A stretch of 64,000 bases of DNA, from positions 1,408,001 through 1,472,000 of the forward strand of contig CAWETU010000001.1 of the NCBI GenBank assembly GCA_963812135.1, in the 5' to 3' direction. This DNA comes from Vulcanimicrobiota bacterium (lineage in GTDB: Bacteria; Vulcanimicrobiota; Vulcanimicrobiia; Eremiobacterales; Eremiobacteraceae). A model generated the notes under the pieces. The model made no database searches, was not told the origin of the DNA, and saw nothing but the letters and a program-made list of their open reading frames with translations. The first letter of the stretch is position 1, and every line of letters begins with the position of its first letter. The translations under genes and the position numbers were made by a program. Shown one piece after another: positions 19,146-29,628 of the stretch.

Positions 19146-19996
19146 AGACGTCCTTCGACGTCGTCGAGGCGCCGGCGCGCGACGACACGCCCACCATCGA
19201 TCCCGCGCTTGTCGAACGCTGGCTTGTCAACTTCATCCGCGACGAGCTCGTCCGCCGCCGCGGCATCCAAAATGCGGTGATCGGCATTTCGGGCGGCGTG
19301 GACTCGGCGGTGGTGGCTTATCTGTGCGCGCGCGCCCTCGGACCGGAGCACGTCTTGGGCATGCGGTTGCCCTATCGCACGTCGAGCGGCGAGAGCCTCG
19401 ACCACGCGGCGCTCGTCATCGCGGAAACCGGCATCCGCGAGCGGCTTGTCGACATCAGCGAAGCGGTGGACGGCTACCTCGCGCTCGAACCTGACGCCTC
19501 GGCGCAACGCCGCGGCAACGTCATGGCGCGCATGCGCATGATCGTGCTCTTTGATCAGTCGGCGAAGATCAACGGCTTGCCGATCGGCACGGGCAACAAA
19601 TCAGAGCGCATGCTCGGCTACTTCACGTGGCATGGCGACGACTCGCCGCCGATCAACCCGATCGGCGATCTTTTCAAGACGCAGGTGTGGACGCTCGCGC
19701 GCCACCTCGGTGTGCCGGACGTCATCATCGACAAGCCCGCGACCGCCGATCTCATCCGCGGCCAGACGGACGAAGAAGACCTCGGCATCACGTACGCGCA
19801 GGCGGACAAGATCCTCAACCGTCTGCTCATGGGCTACACTGTCGAGGACATCATCGCCGCCGGCTACCCAGGGCCCGAGGTCGAACTCGTCAAGCGCCGC
19901 GTCGACTCCACGCACTGGAAGCGCCACCTGGCGACGACCGCGCTGATCTCGACCACGGCGATCAACGAGTTCTATCTGCGGCCGGTCGACTATTAA
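19142..19996 (+). CDS. nadE: NAD+ synthetase (synthetase-only subunit)
   Basis: GISGGVDS P-loop, GNVMARMRM, GTGNKSE, GYFTWHGD, QTDEEDLG. Confidence 0.95.
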   Translation: MKTSFDVVEAPARDDTPTIDPALVERWLVNFIRDELVRRRGIQNAVIGISGGVDSAVVAYLCARALGPEHVLGMRLPYRTSSGESLDHAALVIAETGIRERLVDISEAVDGYLALEPDASAQRRGNVMARMRMIVLFDQSAKINGLPIGTGNKSERMLGYFTWHGDDSPPINPIGDLFKTQVWTLARHLGVPDVIIDKPATADLIRGQTDEEDLGITYAQADKILNRLLMGYTVEDIIAAGYPGPEVELVKRRVDSTHWKRHLATTALISTTAINEFYLRPVDY

Positions 19997-20024
19997 AACA
20001 CGCATCCAATAGAGGAGCTTGTCT

Positions 20025-20420
20025 ATGTCTTTGAAGCTCGGCACCGTCGGGCATTTCGGTATCGCTGTCCGCGATCCCAAAAAAAGCGCCCAGTGGTGGA
20101 TCAAGACGCTCAACGTGAAGAAAGAATTCGATTTCCCAGGTGGCGTCGTCGTCGGCTCGGACGCGGTCGGCATCGTGCTGTTCAAGGGAACCCCGCGCCC
20201 CGAAGCGATCCATCACATCTCGTTCGACCTGCCCAGCATGCGCGCGCTGCACGCCGCGCTCGCCGAGCTTAAACGCAAGGGCGTCGAGCTGGAAGACCCG
20301 GGCGAGGAGATCGGCCCCGAGGGCCCCGGCTCGAAGAACATGGGACTGTGGTTCCGCGACCCCGACGGCTATCGCTGGGAACTTAGCGTCCTGGCAAAAC
20401 CCACGCGACCGCGCCGCTAG
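20025..20420 (+). CDS. VOC/glyoxalase family protein
   Basis: GHFGIAVRD, HHISF, FRDPDGYRWEL. Confidence 0.88.
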   Translation: MSLKLGTVGHFGIAVRDPKKSAQWWIKTLNVKKEFDFPGGVVVGSDAVGIVLFKGTPRPEAIHHISFDLPSMRALHAALAELKRKGVELEDPGEEIGPEGPGSKNMGLWFRDPDGYRWELSVLAKPTRPRR

Positions 20421-20434
20421 AAGGAGGCACACCG

Positions 20435-20830
20435 GTGTCCAGATATCTGCACACTTCGATTTTCGTCAACGACATGGACGAGTCGATCGGTTTCTACACC
20501 GAAAAGCTCGGGCTCAAGCTGCTCGACAAAGCGCATTATCCCGGCAACGCCGACATGGCGTTCGTCGGACGCGACTGGAACGCGTACATCGAGCTCGTCT
20601 TCGACCTTGAGGAACATCCACCGTACGAAGTGGGCAACCGCTACGAACATCTCGCGCTCGAGGTCGACGGTCCGGTGGCCGATGTCGTCGAGCGTCTCCG
20701 GCGCGACGGCGTCAAGGTGGTGAAAGAACCGAAGAAGTCGCCGGGCGGTACTCGCTCGATCGCGATGATCGAAGACCCGAACGGCATCGTCGTCGAACTG
20801 CTCGAGCCCAAGTCGGGCGCCATCAAGTAA
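20435..20830 (+). CDS. VOC family protein (lactoylglutathione lyase-like)
   Basis: YLHTSIFV, IEL, YEHLAL, EDPNGIVVEL; AAGGAGG RBS. Confidence 0.85.
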   Translation: MSRYLHTSIFVNDMDESIGFYTEKLGLKLLDKAHYPGNADMAFVGRDWNAYIELVFDLEEHPPYEVGNRYEHLALEVDGPVADVVERLRRDGVKVVKEPKKSPGGTRSIAMIEDPNGIVVELLEPKSGAIK

Positions 20831-20835
20831 CGCGC

Positions 20836-22078
20836 GTGGCGAGCGCCGAGATCATCACGGTCGGCACCGAGCTGTTGCTCGGCCAGCTGGTCGACACCAA
20901 CACCACCTACATCGCCAAAGCGCTCGCCGATGCGGGCATCGATGTCCACCGTCAGACGTCCGTCGGCGACAACGCCGAGCGCATCGCCGGCGCGGTGCGC
21001 GACAGCTTGCGCCGGGCCGACTGCGTCATCGTCGCCGGCGGACTCGGACCGACGGTCGACGATCTCACGCGTGACGGCGTGTCGCAGGCGACGGGCCGTC
21101 CGCTCGAACTGCACGAGCATAGCCTCGAGCGCATCCGCGCGATGTTCGCGCGGCTCGGGCGGCCGATGGCGGACAATAACCGGCGCCAAGCCCTAATGCC
21201 TAAGGGAGCGCAGGTGCTCGACAACGAGCAAGGCACGGCGCCAGGCTTCATTATAGAAGAAGGCAGCCACGCGGTCATCGCGGTGCCAGGCGTGCCCCGC
21301 GAGATGCGCGCGATGATCTCGCAACAGGTGGTGCCTTGGATCGTCAAACGCTACGGCGTCGAGGGTACGATCGTCACACGCGTTCTCAAGACGATCGGCC
21401 TGGGCGAATCTGATCTGGATAGCCGCATCGCGGATCTGTTCCACGCGGGCGTGAACCCGAGCATCGCGGTGCTCGCGCACTATGGTCAAGTCGACGTGAA
21501 GCTGACCGCGAAAGCCGACACGCGCGAGCTGGCGATCGCAATGATCGACAAGCTGGAACCGCTCGTGCGCGAGCGGCTGCCTGACTGCATCTATGCGGTC
21601 GACGGCGGACCGATCGAACAAGTCGTCGGCGACATGCTGCGCGCGCGCCGCTGGACGTTGGCGACGGCGGAATCGTGCACCGGTGGGCTCATCGCATCGA
21701 CCATCACGACCGTGCCCGGTTCTTCGGACTACTACCTCGGCGGCGTCGTGTCGTACGCGAACGAGGCGAAGCTGGATTTTCTCGACGTCGCGCCCGATCT
21801 CGTCGAGCACCACGGCGCAGTGAGCGCGGAGGTGGCCACGGCGATGGCGGTCGGCGTCCAGGGCCGGCTACACGCGTCGTGCGCGATCGCCGTGACCGGC
21901 GTCGCAGGGCCGGGCGGCGGCAGCGAGGAGAAACCCATCGGACTCGTCTACGTCGCACTGGCCACGCCCGATGGCGGCGCCGACGTCCGCAAACTGATGT
22001 TGCCGGGCGATCGAGAAATGGTCCAGCGCCGCGCGGCGATGGCGGCGTCTCACCATGCTCTGGAAGGCGGTTCGCTGA
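20836..22078 (+). CDS. cinA: Competence/damage-inducible protein CinA (MCD + PncC NMN deamidase); apparent 1-nt insertion near the 3' end
   Basis: VGTELLLG..DTN, GGLGPTVDD, AESCTGG, GAVS, TGVAGPGGG; removing T22048 gives ..AMAALTMLWKAVR* ending at a TGA that overlaps the next ATG. Confidence 0.9.
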
Positions 22079-22638
22079 TGCCTCCGACGATCGAAACGCC
22101 GCGGCTTACCCTGCGAACGTTCAGCGAAGCGGACTTCGAGCCGTACTTCGAGCGGCTGCTCTCACAGCGCGCCGTCATGCGCTATCTCTCGGGCACCGGC
22201 GAGCCTCGCACGCGTGAGGAGGCAGCTGTCGCTTTTGCTCGCTGGACCTCACCGGACCGCGATCCCCGCGACCGGATGTGGGCCGTCGTCGAGCGAGCGT
22301 CCGGCGAGTTGCTCGGCCACGCTGTGCTCCAGCGCCTCGAGCAGAGCGACTTGATCGAAGTGGGCTACGCCTTGGGCGAGCGTTTCTGGGGCCGCGGTTT
22401 TGCCACCGAGGCCTCCCGCGCGGCGGTGGATTTCGGCTTCGCGACCACCGACCTTAACCTGATCGTCGGCATCGCGCGACCTGAGAATGCCGCCTCGCGA
22501 CGGGTGCTGGAGAAGACCGGCTTGAGCTACGCCGGCATGCGCCGATACTATAATTTCGACGTCGCGTACTACGAGTTGCTGCGCACCGACCACAAAGCTG
22601 CGAGCGGACCACAAAAAGGTCAGCCCGGTTCGCCCTGA
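22078..22638 (+). CDS. GNAT N-acetyltransferase (RimJ/RimL type)
   Basis: IETPRLTLR, EVGYAL..FWGRGFATEA, N.ASRRVLEKTG. Confidence 0.85.
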   Translation: MPPTIETPRLTLRTFSEADFEPYFERLLSQRAVMRYLSGTGEPRTREEAAVAFARWTSPDRDPRDRMWAVVERASGELLGHAVLQRLEQSDLIEVGYALGERFWGRGFATEASRAAVDFGFATTDLNLIVGIARPENAASRRVLEKTGLSYAGMRRYYNFDVAYYELLRTDHKAASGPQKGQPGSP

Positions 22639-22653
22639 GAAAAAGCTGAAGGA

Positions 22654-24159
22654 ATGAAACGCAGTCTAACCAGTTCGTGGTTCCTCTTTGCCTTGATCGC
22701 CGTTGCATCACTTGCGTCGATGGCGGGATCGTGCGGTGGTGGCAGTAGCGGCGGAAGCATGGGCCCCACGCCCCCTCCCGGGCCGACGCCGTTGATCGGC
22801 TGCAATCCTGGTGCGATGAACCTCTCGAGCGCGAGCGAATCGCAACCGCTGAGGCTGCGCTATCCGCAACGCGCTCCGCGCGCGCCATACGTTTTGGGCA
22901 AACTCGCAGTGAAGTTCACGGGCACCGGCAGCGAACCGGAGATCGGCCAGGCCATGGCGCGCATGCGCGCCGTTTTGGCTCAACCGCCGAGCAGCCTCGG
23001 TTACGCGGTGTACACTATTCCGGAGAGTCAGAATCCGGTCACCGCAGCGGCCGAGCTGATCGGCACCCGCGGCATCGCCGACGTGAAGCCGCTCCTCGCT
23101 CGCTACATCCAGGACACCATCCCGAACGATCCTTTTTTCGGCACTCCCTCTCAGCTGACTTCGCCGCAGCTGGTCAACCCCGTTCAGTGGGATATGTACA
23201 AGACCCTCATGCCGACGACGTGGGATACGTGGAAAGGCAGCGCCTCGGTCACGATTGCGATCATAGACACCGGGTATGACGCGAACAACATCGACATCTG
23301 CTCGAAGGTCATCAACTCGGCGGTGTTTGATTTGGGCGGAGGAGCGCAGGACGTCCCGGCAACCGTCCAAGACATCGACGGTCATGGCAGCAACGTGAGC
23401 GGCATCGCCGCATCCGTGACCAACAACGCGACGCGCTTCGCCGGCGTCGGCTGGAACACCAACCTTATCGAAGTGCGCGTTTTCCCGACGCCGTCTCCGT
23501 CGAACCCGACGCCTGGCGCCTCCAATCTCGATATCGCAGCGGGCATCACGTGGGCGGCGACGCACGGCGCGAGCGTCATCAGCATGAGCCTTGGCGCGCA
23601 AGGCGCATGTGACTCCGCCGAGCAAAACGCGATCAACTCCGCGGTGGGAGCAGGCATCGTGGTCGTCGTGGCTTCAGGCAACGACGGTCTGGGCACCATC
23701 AGCGCGCCAGCGGATTGCCACGGCACCATTTCAGTCGGCGCCAGCGCGCTCGACGACACCGGCGCCCACACGAACGCGCCGATCGAGTTCGTCGCCACCT
23801 ATTCCAACTGGGGCACCAACGGCGACGGGCTCACACTCATCGCTCCAGGCGGCGACCCGAGCATCTGCACGACCAGCTGCGGAACGCCCGACTATCTCCA
23901 GTGGATCACAAATGCCTATTCGACCACGGCGACGACCTGCTGTTCGAACCCAGGTCCAGGGACCGGCATTTTCATCGCGGGCACGTCGCAAGCCACGCCG
24001 CACGTCGCGGGCGTCGCGGCCCTGATGCTGGCGAAACATCCGGGTCTCTCGGCTTCGGCGGTGAAGACACTCTTGCAGATGTTCGCCACCGATATCGGCG
24101 GCGGCGTCAAACAAGGCGCAGGGCGATTGAACGCCTTTGCGACTCTCTCCAATACGTAA
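22654..24159 (+). CDS. Subtilisin-like S8 serine peptidase, probable lipoprotein
   Basis: IIDTG, GHGSNV, ASGN, GTSQATPHVAG; lipobox-like AGSC. Confidence 0.9.
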   Translation: MKRSLTSSWFLFALIAVASLASMAGSCGGGSSGGSMGPTPPPGPTPLIGCNPGAMNLSSASESQPLRLRYPQRAPRAPYVLGKLAVKFTGTGSEPEIGQAMARMRAVLAQPPSSLGYAVYTIPESQNPVTAAAELIGTRGIADVKPLLARYIQDTIPNDPFFGTPSQLTSPQLVNPVQWDMYKTLMPTTWDTWKGSASVTIAIIDTGYDANNIDICSKVINSAVFDLGGGAQDVPATVQDIDGHGSNVSGIAASVTNNATRFAGVGWNTNLIEVRVFPTPSPSNPTPGASNLDIAAGITWAATHGASVISMSLGAQGACDSAEQNAINSAVGAGIVVVVASGNDGLGTISAPADCHGTISVGASALDDTGAHTNAPIEFVATYSNWGTNGDGLTLIAPGGDPSICTTSCGTPDYLQWITNAYSTTATTCCSNPGPGTGIFIAGTSQATPHVAGVAALMLAKHPGLSASAVKTLLQMFATDIGGGVKQGAGRLNAFATLSNT

Positions 24160-25576
24160 CGTCGTCGTAGCGGCGCCACCGCGAGCAGGCGTCGCTCCGT
24201 CAGCCCACCTCGCTCGAGTCCTCGGATTCCTCGACCTGTCGATACTCTCGTCGGCGAGCATGGCGCCCGCGTATTCGATCGCGGCGACGTTTGGATTGAT
24301 GATCGCCGCCGCTGGCGCAGGCGCGCCGTTGGCGCTCGTCATCCTCACGGTGCCGGTGATGTTCATCGCCGTCGCGTTCCACCGCATGTGCGAAGAACAC
24401 CCGGACGCCGGTTCGACCTACGCATGGGCGCGTCTCGCGTTCGGCACTCGCGCGGGCGCGCTGTCCGGCTGGATCGTGATGCTGTCGTACTTCGGCGCGG
24501 CGATGGCCACCGTCGTGCCGGCCGGCGTCTACACGCTGCGCTTCTTGAGCGATCCGCTCCACTTGGTGCCGATGGCGGCCGCAGACAATCCGTTCGCAGT
24601 CGCAGCGGTCGGCGGTGCGTGGGTCGTCGCGGCCGGCGTGCTGCTCGCTTCCGGCATGCGCCCCACTGCAGATGCCTCGGCGGTGTTCCTGATCCTGGAG
24701 GTCGGCGCGCTTCTGCTTTTCGCAGCGTTCGCACTGATGCACCCGGTGGCGGTGGGCGGTCACATCGGTTCTCTTTTCACAATCGGCCCGAGCGGCGGCG
24801 CCGGATTCCTCGCCGCGATGGTCCTCGCGATCTGGGTCGCCGACGGCTGGGAGATATCCACGTACACCTCTGAGGAGAACACCGGTTCCACGCGCCAGCC
24901 AGGCCGCAGCGCGCTCGTCGCGCTGTTCGCCACGACCGCTCTCATGCTGGTATGCGCGGTGGCGTTCATGCGCGTCGCGCCGCTCTCGGGACTCGCAAGC
25001 CACGCGACGGATACGTTGGCGTACGTCGCGGACCAGCTCGGTGGCGGGTGGCGCACGTGGGTGATGGTCATGACCGTCATCGTCTCCACCGGCGCGACGT
25101 TGTGGACGGGTCAGCTCGGGTTGTCACGGCTGCTTTTCTCCGCCGCGCGCGACGGCTTGCTTCCCAAAGCGTTCGGCCGCGTACACCATAAATTCGGCAC
25201 GCCGGCGTTCAGCATCGGCGTCGTCACCGTCGGCGCGCTCGGGTTGGCGTTGCTCACCGGTCTTGAACCCAACGTGCGCGCGAGCCTCGACGACGTCGAC
25301 AACATCGTCTCTATCCTGCTCGGCTTGACGTTCATCGTGACCGGCGCCGCGTGCGTCGTGTACTTCGTGCGCAAAGGCACGCCGTGGTTCGATCTCACGC
25401 GCGTGATCTTGCCGGCGATCGGCACCGTCGGTCTCGTCTATCTCCTCATGGCGAATTTCTCCGCACAAAGCGGCGTCGACCGCTGGGCGGCGATCGGTTG
25501 CATCGTGCTCGGCGTCGTCGTCGCGCTGGTGAGCCCCGCGCTGGCCGCGCGTTTCGCGAAGACCAAAACAGCTTGA
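24137..25576 (+). CDS. APC family amino acid permease
   Basis: About 12 TM helices, SMAPAYS, AGSTYAW, GWE...SEE, ARDGLLPKAF; start uncertain. Confidence 0.88.
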   Translation: MRLSPIRNVVVAAPPRAGVAPSAHLARVLGFLDLSILSSASMAPAYSIAATFGLMIAAAGAGAPLALVILTVPVMFIAVAFHRMCEEHPDAGSTYAWARLAFGTRAGALSGWIVMLSYFGAAMATVVPAGVYTLRFLSDPLHLVPMAAADNPFAVAAVGGAWVVAAGVLLASGMRPTADASAVFLILEVGALLLFAAFALMHPVAVGGHIGSLFTIGPSGGAGFLAAMVLAIWVADGWEISTYTSEENTGSTRQPGRSALVALFATTALMLVCAVAFMRVAPLSGLASHATDTLAYVADQLGGGWRTWVMVMTVIVSTGATLWTGQLGLSRLLFSAARDGLLPKAFGRVHHKFGTPAFSIGVVTVGALGLALLTGLEPNVRASLDDVDNIVSILLGLTFIVTGAACVVYFVRKGTPWFDLTRVILPAIGTVGLVYLLMANFSAQSGVDRWAAIGCIVLGVVVALVSPALAARFAKTKTA

Positions 25577-26415
25577 TCCACGCGCTCTTGCTCGCGGCGA
25601 CGCTGGTCGCAGCGGCGACTCCTTCGCCTGCGCCGTCCGCGGCCGCACCTATCGCATCGCCCACGGCCGGCGCCGCGGCTACTCCCGCGGGCACGCCGAC
25701 GCCGTATCGGACGTCGCCGCCGAACGCGCACGTCTGGCAAGGCATCACGCCCGGCGGCTCCGCGGCTGCGGTGCATGCAAAGCTCGGCGTGCCGCTGCTC
25801 TCGCGCGTGCTGCCCGACGGCTCGATCATCAATTGGTATCCCGGCCCGACCACCAACGCGTACATGATCGTCGGCGAGCGCGATAAGGTCGTGCAGTACG
25901 TGCGCGCGTTTCCGATCTCGCTTGAGGGAACGCTCGACGGTTTGAAGGACCCGTATGGTGTGTCGCCCGGTCTCGACTATACGGCGATCAAAGCGCTGCG
26001 CGGCGAAGCCAAAGAGGCCCGCCAGGTCGCCCCGGCGACAGTTGTCGTCGTGTATCAAGATAGCCAGGCTTTTGTGTGGCTATACGAGCTGACGGCGGAG
26101 GGCGTGCACGCGATTTCGCTTTATGACGCGAACGCGCCGAAGGCGAATCCCGGAGCACCGCCGGTGAGCGATCCGCACGACGGCGCCAGCATGGGTCGCG
26201 CGTACATCGTGCACGCCCGCAACGAACAAGAAGGCCTGCGTTTCGAGCGATATTATGCCACGCATCGCGGCGGCTGCTCCGTTTGGACCGTCGCCAACCA
26301 GACGCTGCTGTCCATGGGCGCGCGCAAGGTCGACCAGCTCGACCTGCAGTGCGAAGATAACAAAGACCAGACGAGCATGTTCTTCGACGTGACATCGTTC
26401 ATGGGCAAAAACTAG
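25573..26415 (+). CDS. Secreted hypothetical protein (paralog of 27813-28611)
   Basis: TTG start overlapping the permease stop, signal peptide, PT-rich linker, HDGASM..FFDVTSF C-terminal domain. Confidence 0.65.
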   Translation: MIHALLLAATLVAAATPSPAPSAAAPIASPTAGAAATPAGTPTPYRTSPPNAHVWQGITPGGSAAAVHAKLGVPLLSRVLPDGSIINWYPGPTTNAYMIVGERDKVVQYVRAFPISLEGTLDGLKDPYGVSPGLDYTAIKALRGEAKEARQVAPATVVVVYQDSQAFVWLYELTAEGVHAISLYDANAPKANPGAPPVSDPHDGASMGRAYIVHARNEQEGLRFERYYATHRGGCSVWTVANQTLLSMGARKVDQLDLQCEDNKDQTSMFFDVTSFMGKN

Positions 26416-26511
26416 GGCGTCGTGCCCGCTGGCTGCCGTGAGGCGCCAAAGGCCGGCAAACGCGGTCTGCCGAACTCGGACAAACGCACCCATCCGCGGA
26501 GGACTCAAGCA

Positions 26512-27798
26512 ATGGCACGGCCGATGACCCTGACCGAAAAGATCCTGGCGGCGCACGCAGGCAAAGCCGACGTCGCGCCAGGCGACATCATCTCGATCGA
26601 CCTTGACCTGGTCATGGCCAACGAGCTGTCGGCCGCCGTCGCGATCACCGAATTCCACAAGATCAAAGGCGCGTCCAAAGTTTGGGACTCGCACAAGATC
26701 GCGTTGTGCCCGAGCCACTTCACGCCTAACAAAGACATCGCCACGGCCACCCTGTCGACGATGATGCGAGATTTCGCGAAAGAACAGCAGATCGAGCACT
26801 ACTTCGAAGTCGGCCGCGGCGGCATCGAGCATGTCGTGCTGCCGGAAAACGGCATGGTCGGCCCCGGCATGACGATCATCGGCGGCGACAGCCATACGAC
26901 GACCTACGGCGGTCTCGGCGCGTTCGCCACGGGCGTCGGCAGCACGGATATCGCCGCCGCATTTGCGACCGGCGAGATGTGGGTGCGGGTACCGCCTTCG
27001 ATCAAAGTCAACTACGAGGGCGCGCTGCGCCCGTATGTCTCCGGCAAAGATCTCATCCTGACGACGGTCGGGAGGCTCGGCGTCGACGGCGCCATTTACG
27101 CGGCGATCGAATTCGTCGGCCCCGCGCTCACAGCATTGCCGATCTCAGGCCGCTTCACGATGGCGAATATGTCGATCGAAGCAGGCGCGAAGAACGGCAT
27201 TTTCGAGGTCGATGCGACCGCGGAGGCGTACTGCGCGGCGGTTGGCAAAAAGGACTACACGATTTATCGCGCCGACAAAAACGCTGAGTACCAGTCCACC
27301 GTCACGATCGACTGCTCGATCATCGAACCGCAAGTCGCGCTGCCGTGGCTGCCTGAGAACACGAAGAACGCCTCCGACCTGAACGATATCAAGATCCATC
27401 AGGCCGTGATCGGCACATGCACCAACGGCCGCATCGAGGACATGCGCCAAGCTGCAGAGGTCCTCAAAGGACGCAAAGTCCATCCCGACGTGCGCTGCAT
27501 CGTGATCCCCGGCAGTCAAAAAGTGTACAAGCAATGCATCATCGAGGGTCTGACCGAGATCTTCATCGACGCCAACTGCGTCGTGTCGACGCCGACCTGC
27601 GGTCCGTGCGTGGGCGGCCATATGGGCGTGCTCAGCGAAGGCGAGCGCTGCATCTCGACGACGAATCGTAATTTCAAAGGCCGCATGGGTCACGTCAAGA
27701 GCGAAGTATATTTGACGGGCCCGTACGTCGCAGCCGCTTCGGCGGTCGCCGGATTCATCACCAACCCCGAACAGCTCGGCAGTTTGGTCACGGCCTAG
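26512..27798 (+). CDS. leuC: 3-isopropylmalate dehydratase large subunit (short LeuC/HacA type)
   Basis: TLTEKIL, DSHTTTYG, GTCTNGR, CGPCVG, STTNRNFKGRMG. Confidence 0.92.
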   Translation: MARPMTLTEKILAAHAGKADVAPGDIISIDLDLVMANELSAAVAITEFHKIKGASKVWDSHKIALCPSHFTPNKDIATATLSTMMRDFAKEQQIEHYFEVGRGGIEHVVLPENGMVGPGMTIIGGDSHTTTYGGLGAFATGVGSTDIAAAFATGEMWVRVPPSIKVNYEGALRPYVSGKDLILTTVGRLGVDGAIYAAIEFVGPALTALPISGRFTMANMSIEAGAKNGIFEVDATAEAYCAAVGKKDYTIYRADKNAEYQSTVTIDCSIIEPQVALPWLPENTKNASDLNDIKIHQAVIGTCTNGRIEDMRQAAEVLKGRKVHPDVRCIVIPGSQKVYKQCIIEGLTEIFIDANCVVSTPTCGPCVGGHMGVLSEGERCISTTNRNFKGRMGHVKSEVYLTGPYVAAASAVAGFITNPEQLGSLVTA

Positions 27799-27812
27799 CG
27801 GGCGGGCACCGT

Positions 27813-28611
27813 TTGCTGGCTGCTCTCCTCGCCCTCGGAATCTTCGCCGCGGCTCCTTCGCTCAGCGCGACTCCGACGCCGAGCCCCACGCCATACAAGC
27901 CGCTTGCCATTCCATTGCCCGGCGCAACGCCCTGGGGCCCGCTGTCGTTGGCCGGCGTGACGCTTGGTGAAACCGGCGACGCGGTGCGCGCACGGCTCGG
28001 CGAACCGGCGCTCGCAAACGACAAACCCGAGATCTCGATCTGGACCTATCCGCTGGACAACAAACACGTCGCGCTCAACATCTTCTTGCAGCGCGGGCGG
28101 GTCACCAGCCTCAGCATCGCGCTCACCGGCGGCGCTAAGCAATCGCTGTTCGACCGATCCGTTCGGCGTGCATCTCGGCGACGGCGCCGACGCGATGTTC
28201 GCCGCGCGCGGTCAGCCGCACGACATGATCGAGAACCGCAACATCTACGCGACCGGACCCGGCTTCGATTGGGTCTATCAATTCGATAAGGGCATCGCCG
28301 CGTCGATCTTGGTCGAGGCGAACATCGCGCTGAACGGTCCGCTCCCTAGTCCGGTCGCGGGACCGCCCGGGCACGACGGCACCAGTCTCGAGCGAGCGAT
28401 CAGATTCAAAGTGGCGAATCTGGCGCAGGCGAAGCTCTACGAGGCCGTGTTCCTCGCGCGTTTTTGCGATGGCAAAGGCACGTGGCAGCCCTCGGCGGTA
28501 TCGACCCTCGCGAATCCGCAAACCGGCGCCGTGATCGTCGCCTATTCGGTCACGTGTTCCAACACGCTTCGCAAGGCGATGTTCTACTTCGATCGCAGCC
28601 ATTTGCGATGA
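27813..28611 (+). CDS. Secreted hypothetical protein, apparent frameshift at about 28152
   Basis: ORFs 27813-28289 and 27964-28611 join as QSLF-TDPFG if one G is removed; colinear with 25573-26415. Confidence 0.6.
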
Positions 28612-29036
28612 ATAACCTTCTTGTCGTTGCGATTACAGCGACTTTGCTCGGCGTCGCGATGCCCGCTGTCGCGCCGCCGGACCCCACCGGCGCGCTTGCC
28701 TTATGCGCTGGGCAGGTCGATCGCATCGCGCAATACGGCAATTACGCTCTGATCAATTGCGATTTCGGACAAACGGGGGGAGAGATAGCCGCTTCATATT
28801 CGCCGTCGACTTCGAAGTGGCACGTCGTCGTGGCGGGCGGCGGCGTAGTAGATTCGAAGTACCTGGTCGCCAAAGGCATACCGCAAAACGCCGCCACCTT
28901 CTTGGTCGGCGCGATGGTCACTTGTCCTCCGCGCTTGAGGCAACCCCTACCCAAGACCACTCGAATAGCTCCGCACACGTTCTTATGTTTGGAAAATGGG
29001 CCGCCTGCCTCATCGCCCCCGACCCGAATGCCTTGA
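28608..29036 (+). CDS. Small secreted Cys-containing hypothetical protein
   Basis: ATGA overlap, signal peptide MNNLLVVAITATLLGVAMPAVA, four Cys. Confidence 0.55.
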   Translation: MNNLLVVAITATLLGVAMPAVAPPDPTGALALCAGQVDRIAQYGNYALINCDFGQTGGEIAASYSPSTSKWHVVVAGGGVVDSKYLVAKGIPQNAATFLVGAMVTCPPRLRQPLPKTTRIAPHTFLCLENGPPASSPPTRMP

Positions 29037-29082
29037 ACGACCAAGCGCGGGACCGAGTGACAGGGGCGGCGAAACGGACGGC

Positions 29083-29604
29083 ATGATTCTCAAAGGCACA
29101 GCCCACAAGTATGGCAAGAACGTCGACACCGACGTCATCATCCCCGGCCGGTATTGCAACCTGATCGACCCGGTCGAGCTCGGCAAGCACGCGCTCGAAG
29201 ATCTCGATATCAATTTCGTCAAAAAGGTCAAACAGGGCGACTTGATCGTGGCCGACACTAATTTCGGCTGCGGCTCGTCGCGCGAGGTGGCCGCCGTCGC
29301 GCTCAAGGGCGCCGGCGTGTCCGGCGTCGTCGCGAAGTCGTTCGCGCGGATTTTCTACCGCAATTGCATCAACACGGGTCTGCCCATCTTCGAATGCCCT
29401 GAAGGCGTCGACGGGATCAGCGACGGCGACGCGATCACGGTCGATGCGGATGCGGGCACGATCACCAATCAGACGACCGGCAAGTCGTTCAAAGCGACGC
29501 AGTTCCCGAAGTTCATGCAAGATCTGATCGCCAAGGGCGGTCTGCTGCGCTATGCGGAGCAGCGCTTGGCCGAGAAGAATGCCGCGAAAGGCACAGCCGA
29601 GTGA
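29083..29604 (+). CDS. leuD: 3-isopropylmalate dehydratase small subunit
   Basis: NVDTDVIIP, NFGCGSSRE, SFARIFYRNCINTG. Confidence 0.93.
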   Translation: MILKGTAHKYGKNVDTDVIIPGRYCNLIDPVELGKHALEDLDINFVKKVKQGDLIVADTNFGCGSSREVAAVALKGAGVSGVVAKSFARIFYRNCINTGLPIFECPEGVDGISDGDAITVDADAGTITNQTTGKSFKATQFPKFMQDLIAKGGLLRYAEQRLAEKNAAKGTAE

Positions 29605-29628
29605 ACTCGGCCGCTACATAGAACGACC

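Noticed and set aside
20836..22638. 600-aa CinA-GNAT fusion in the ORF track
   Set aside because: Removing one T at 22048 restores a normal CinA end (ALTMLWKAVR*) with a TGATG overlap to a separate GNAT gene; it fits the +1 error pattern
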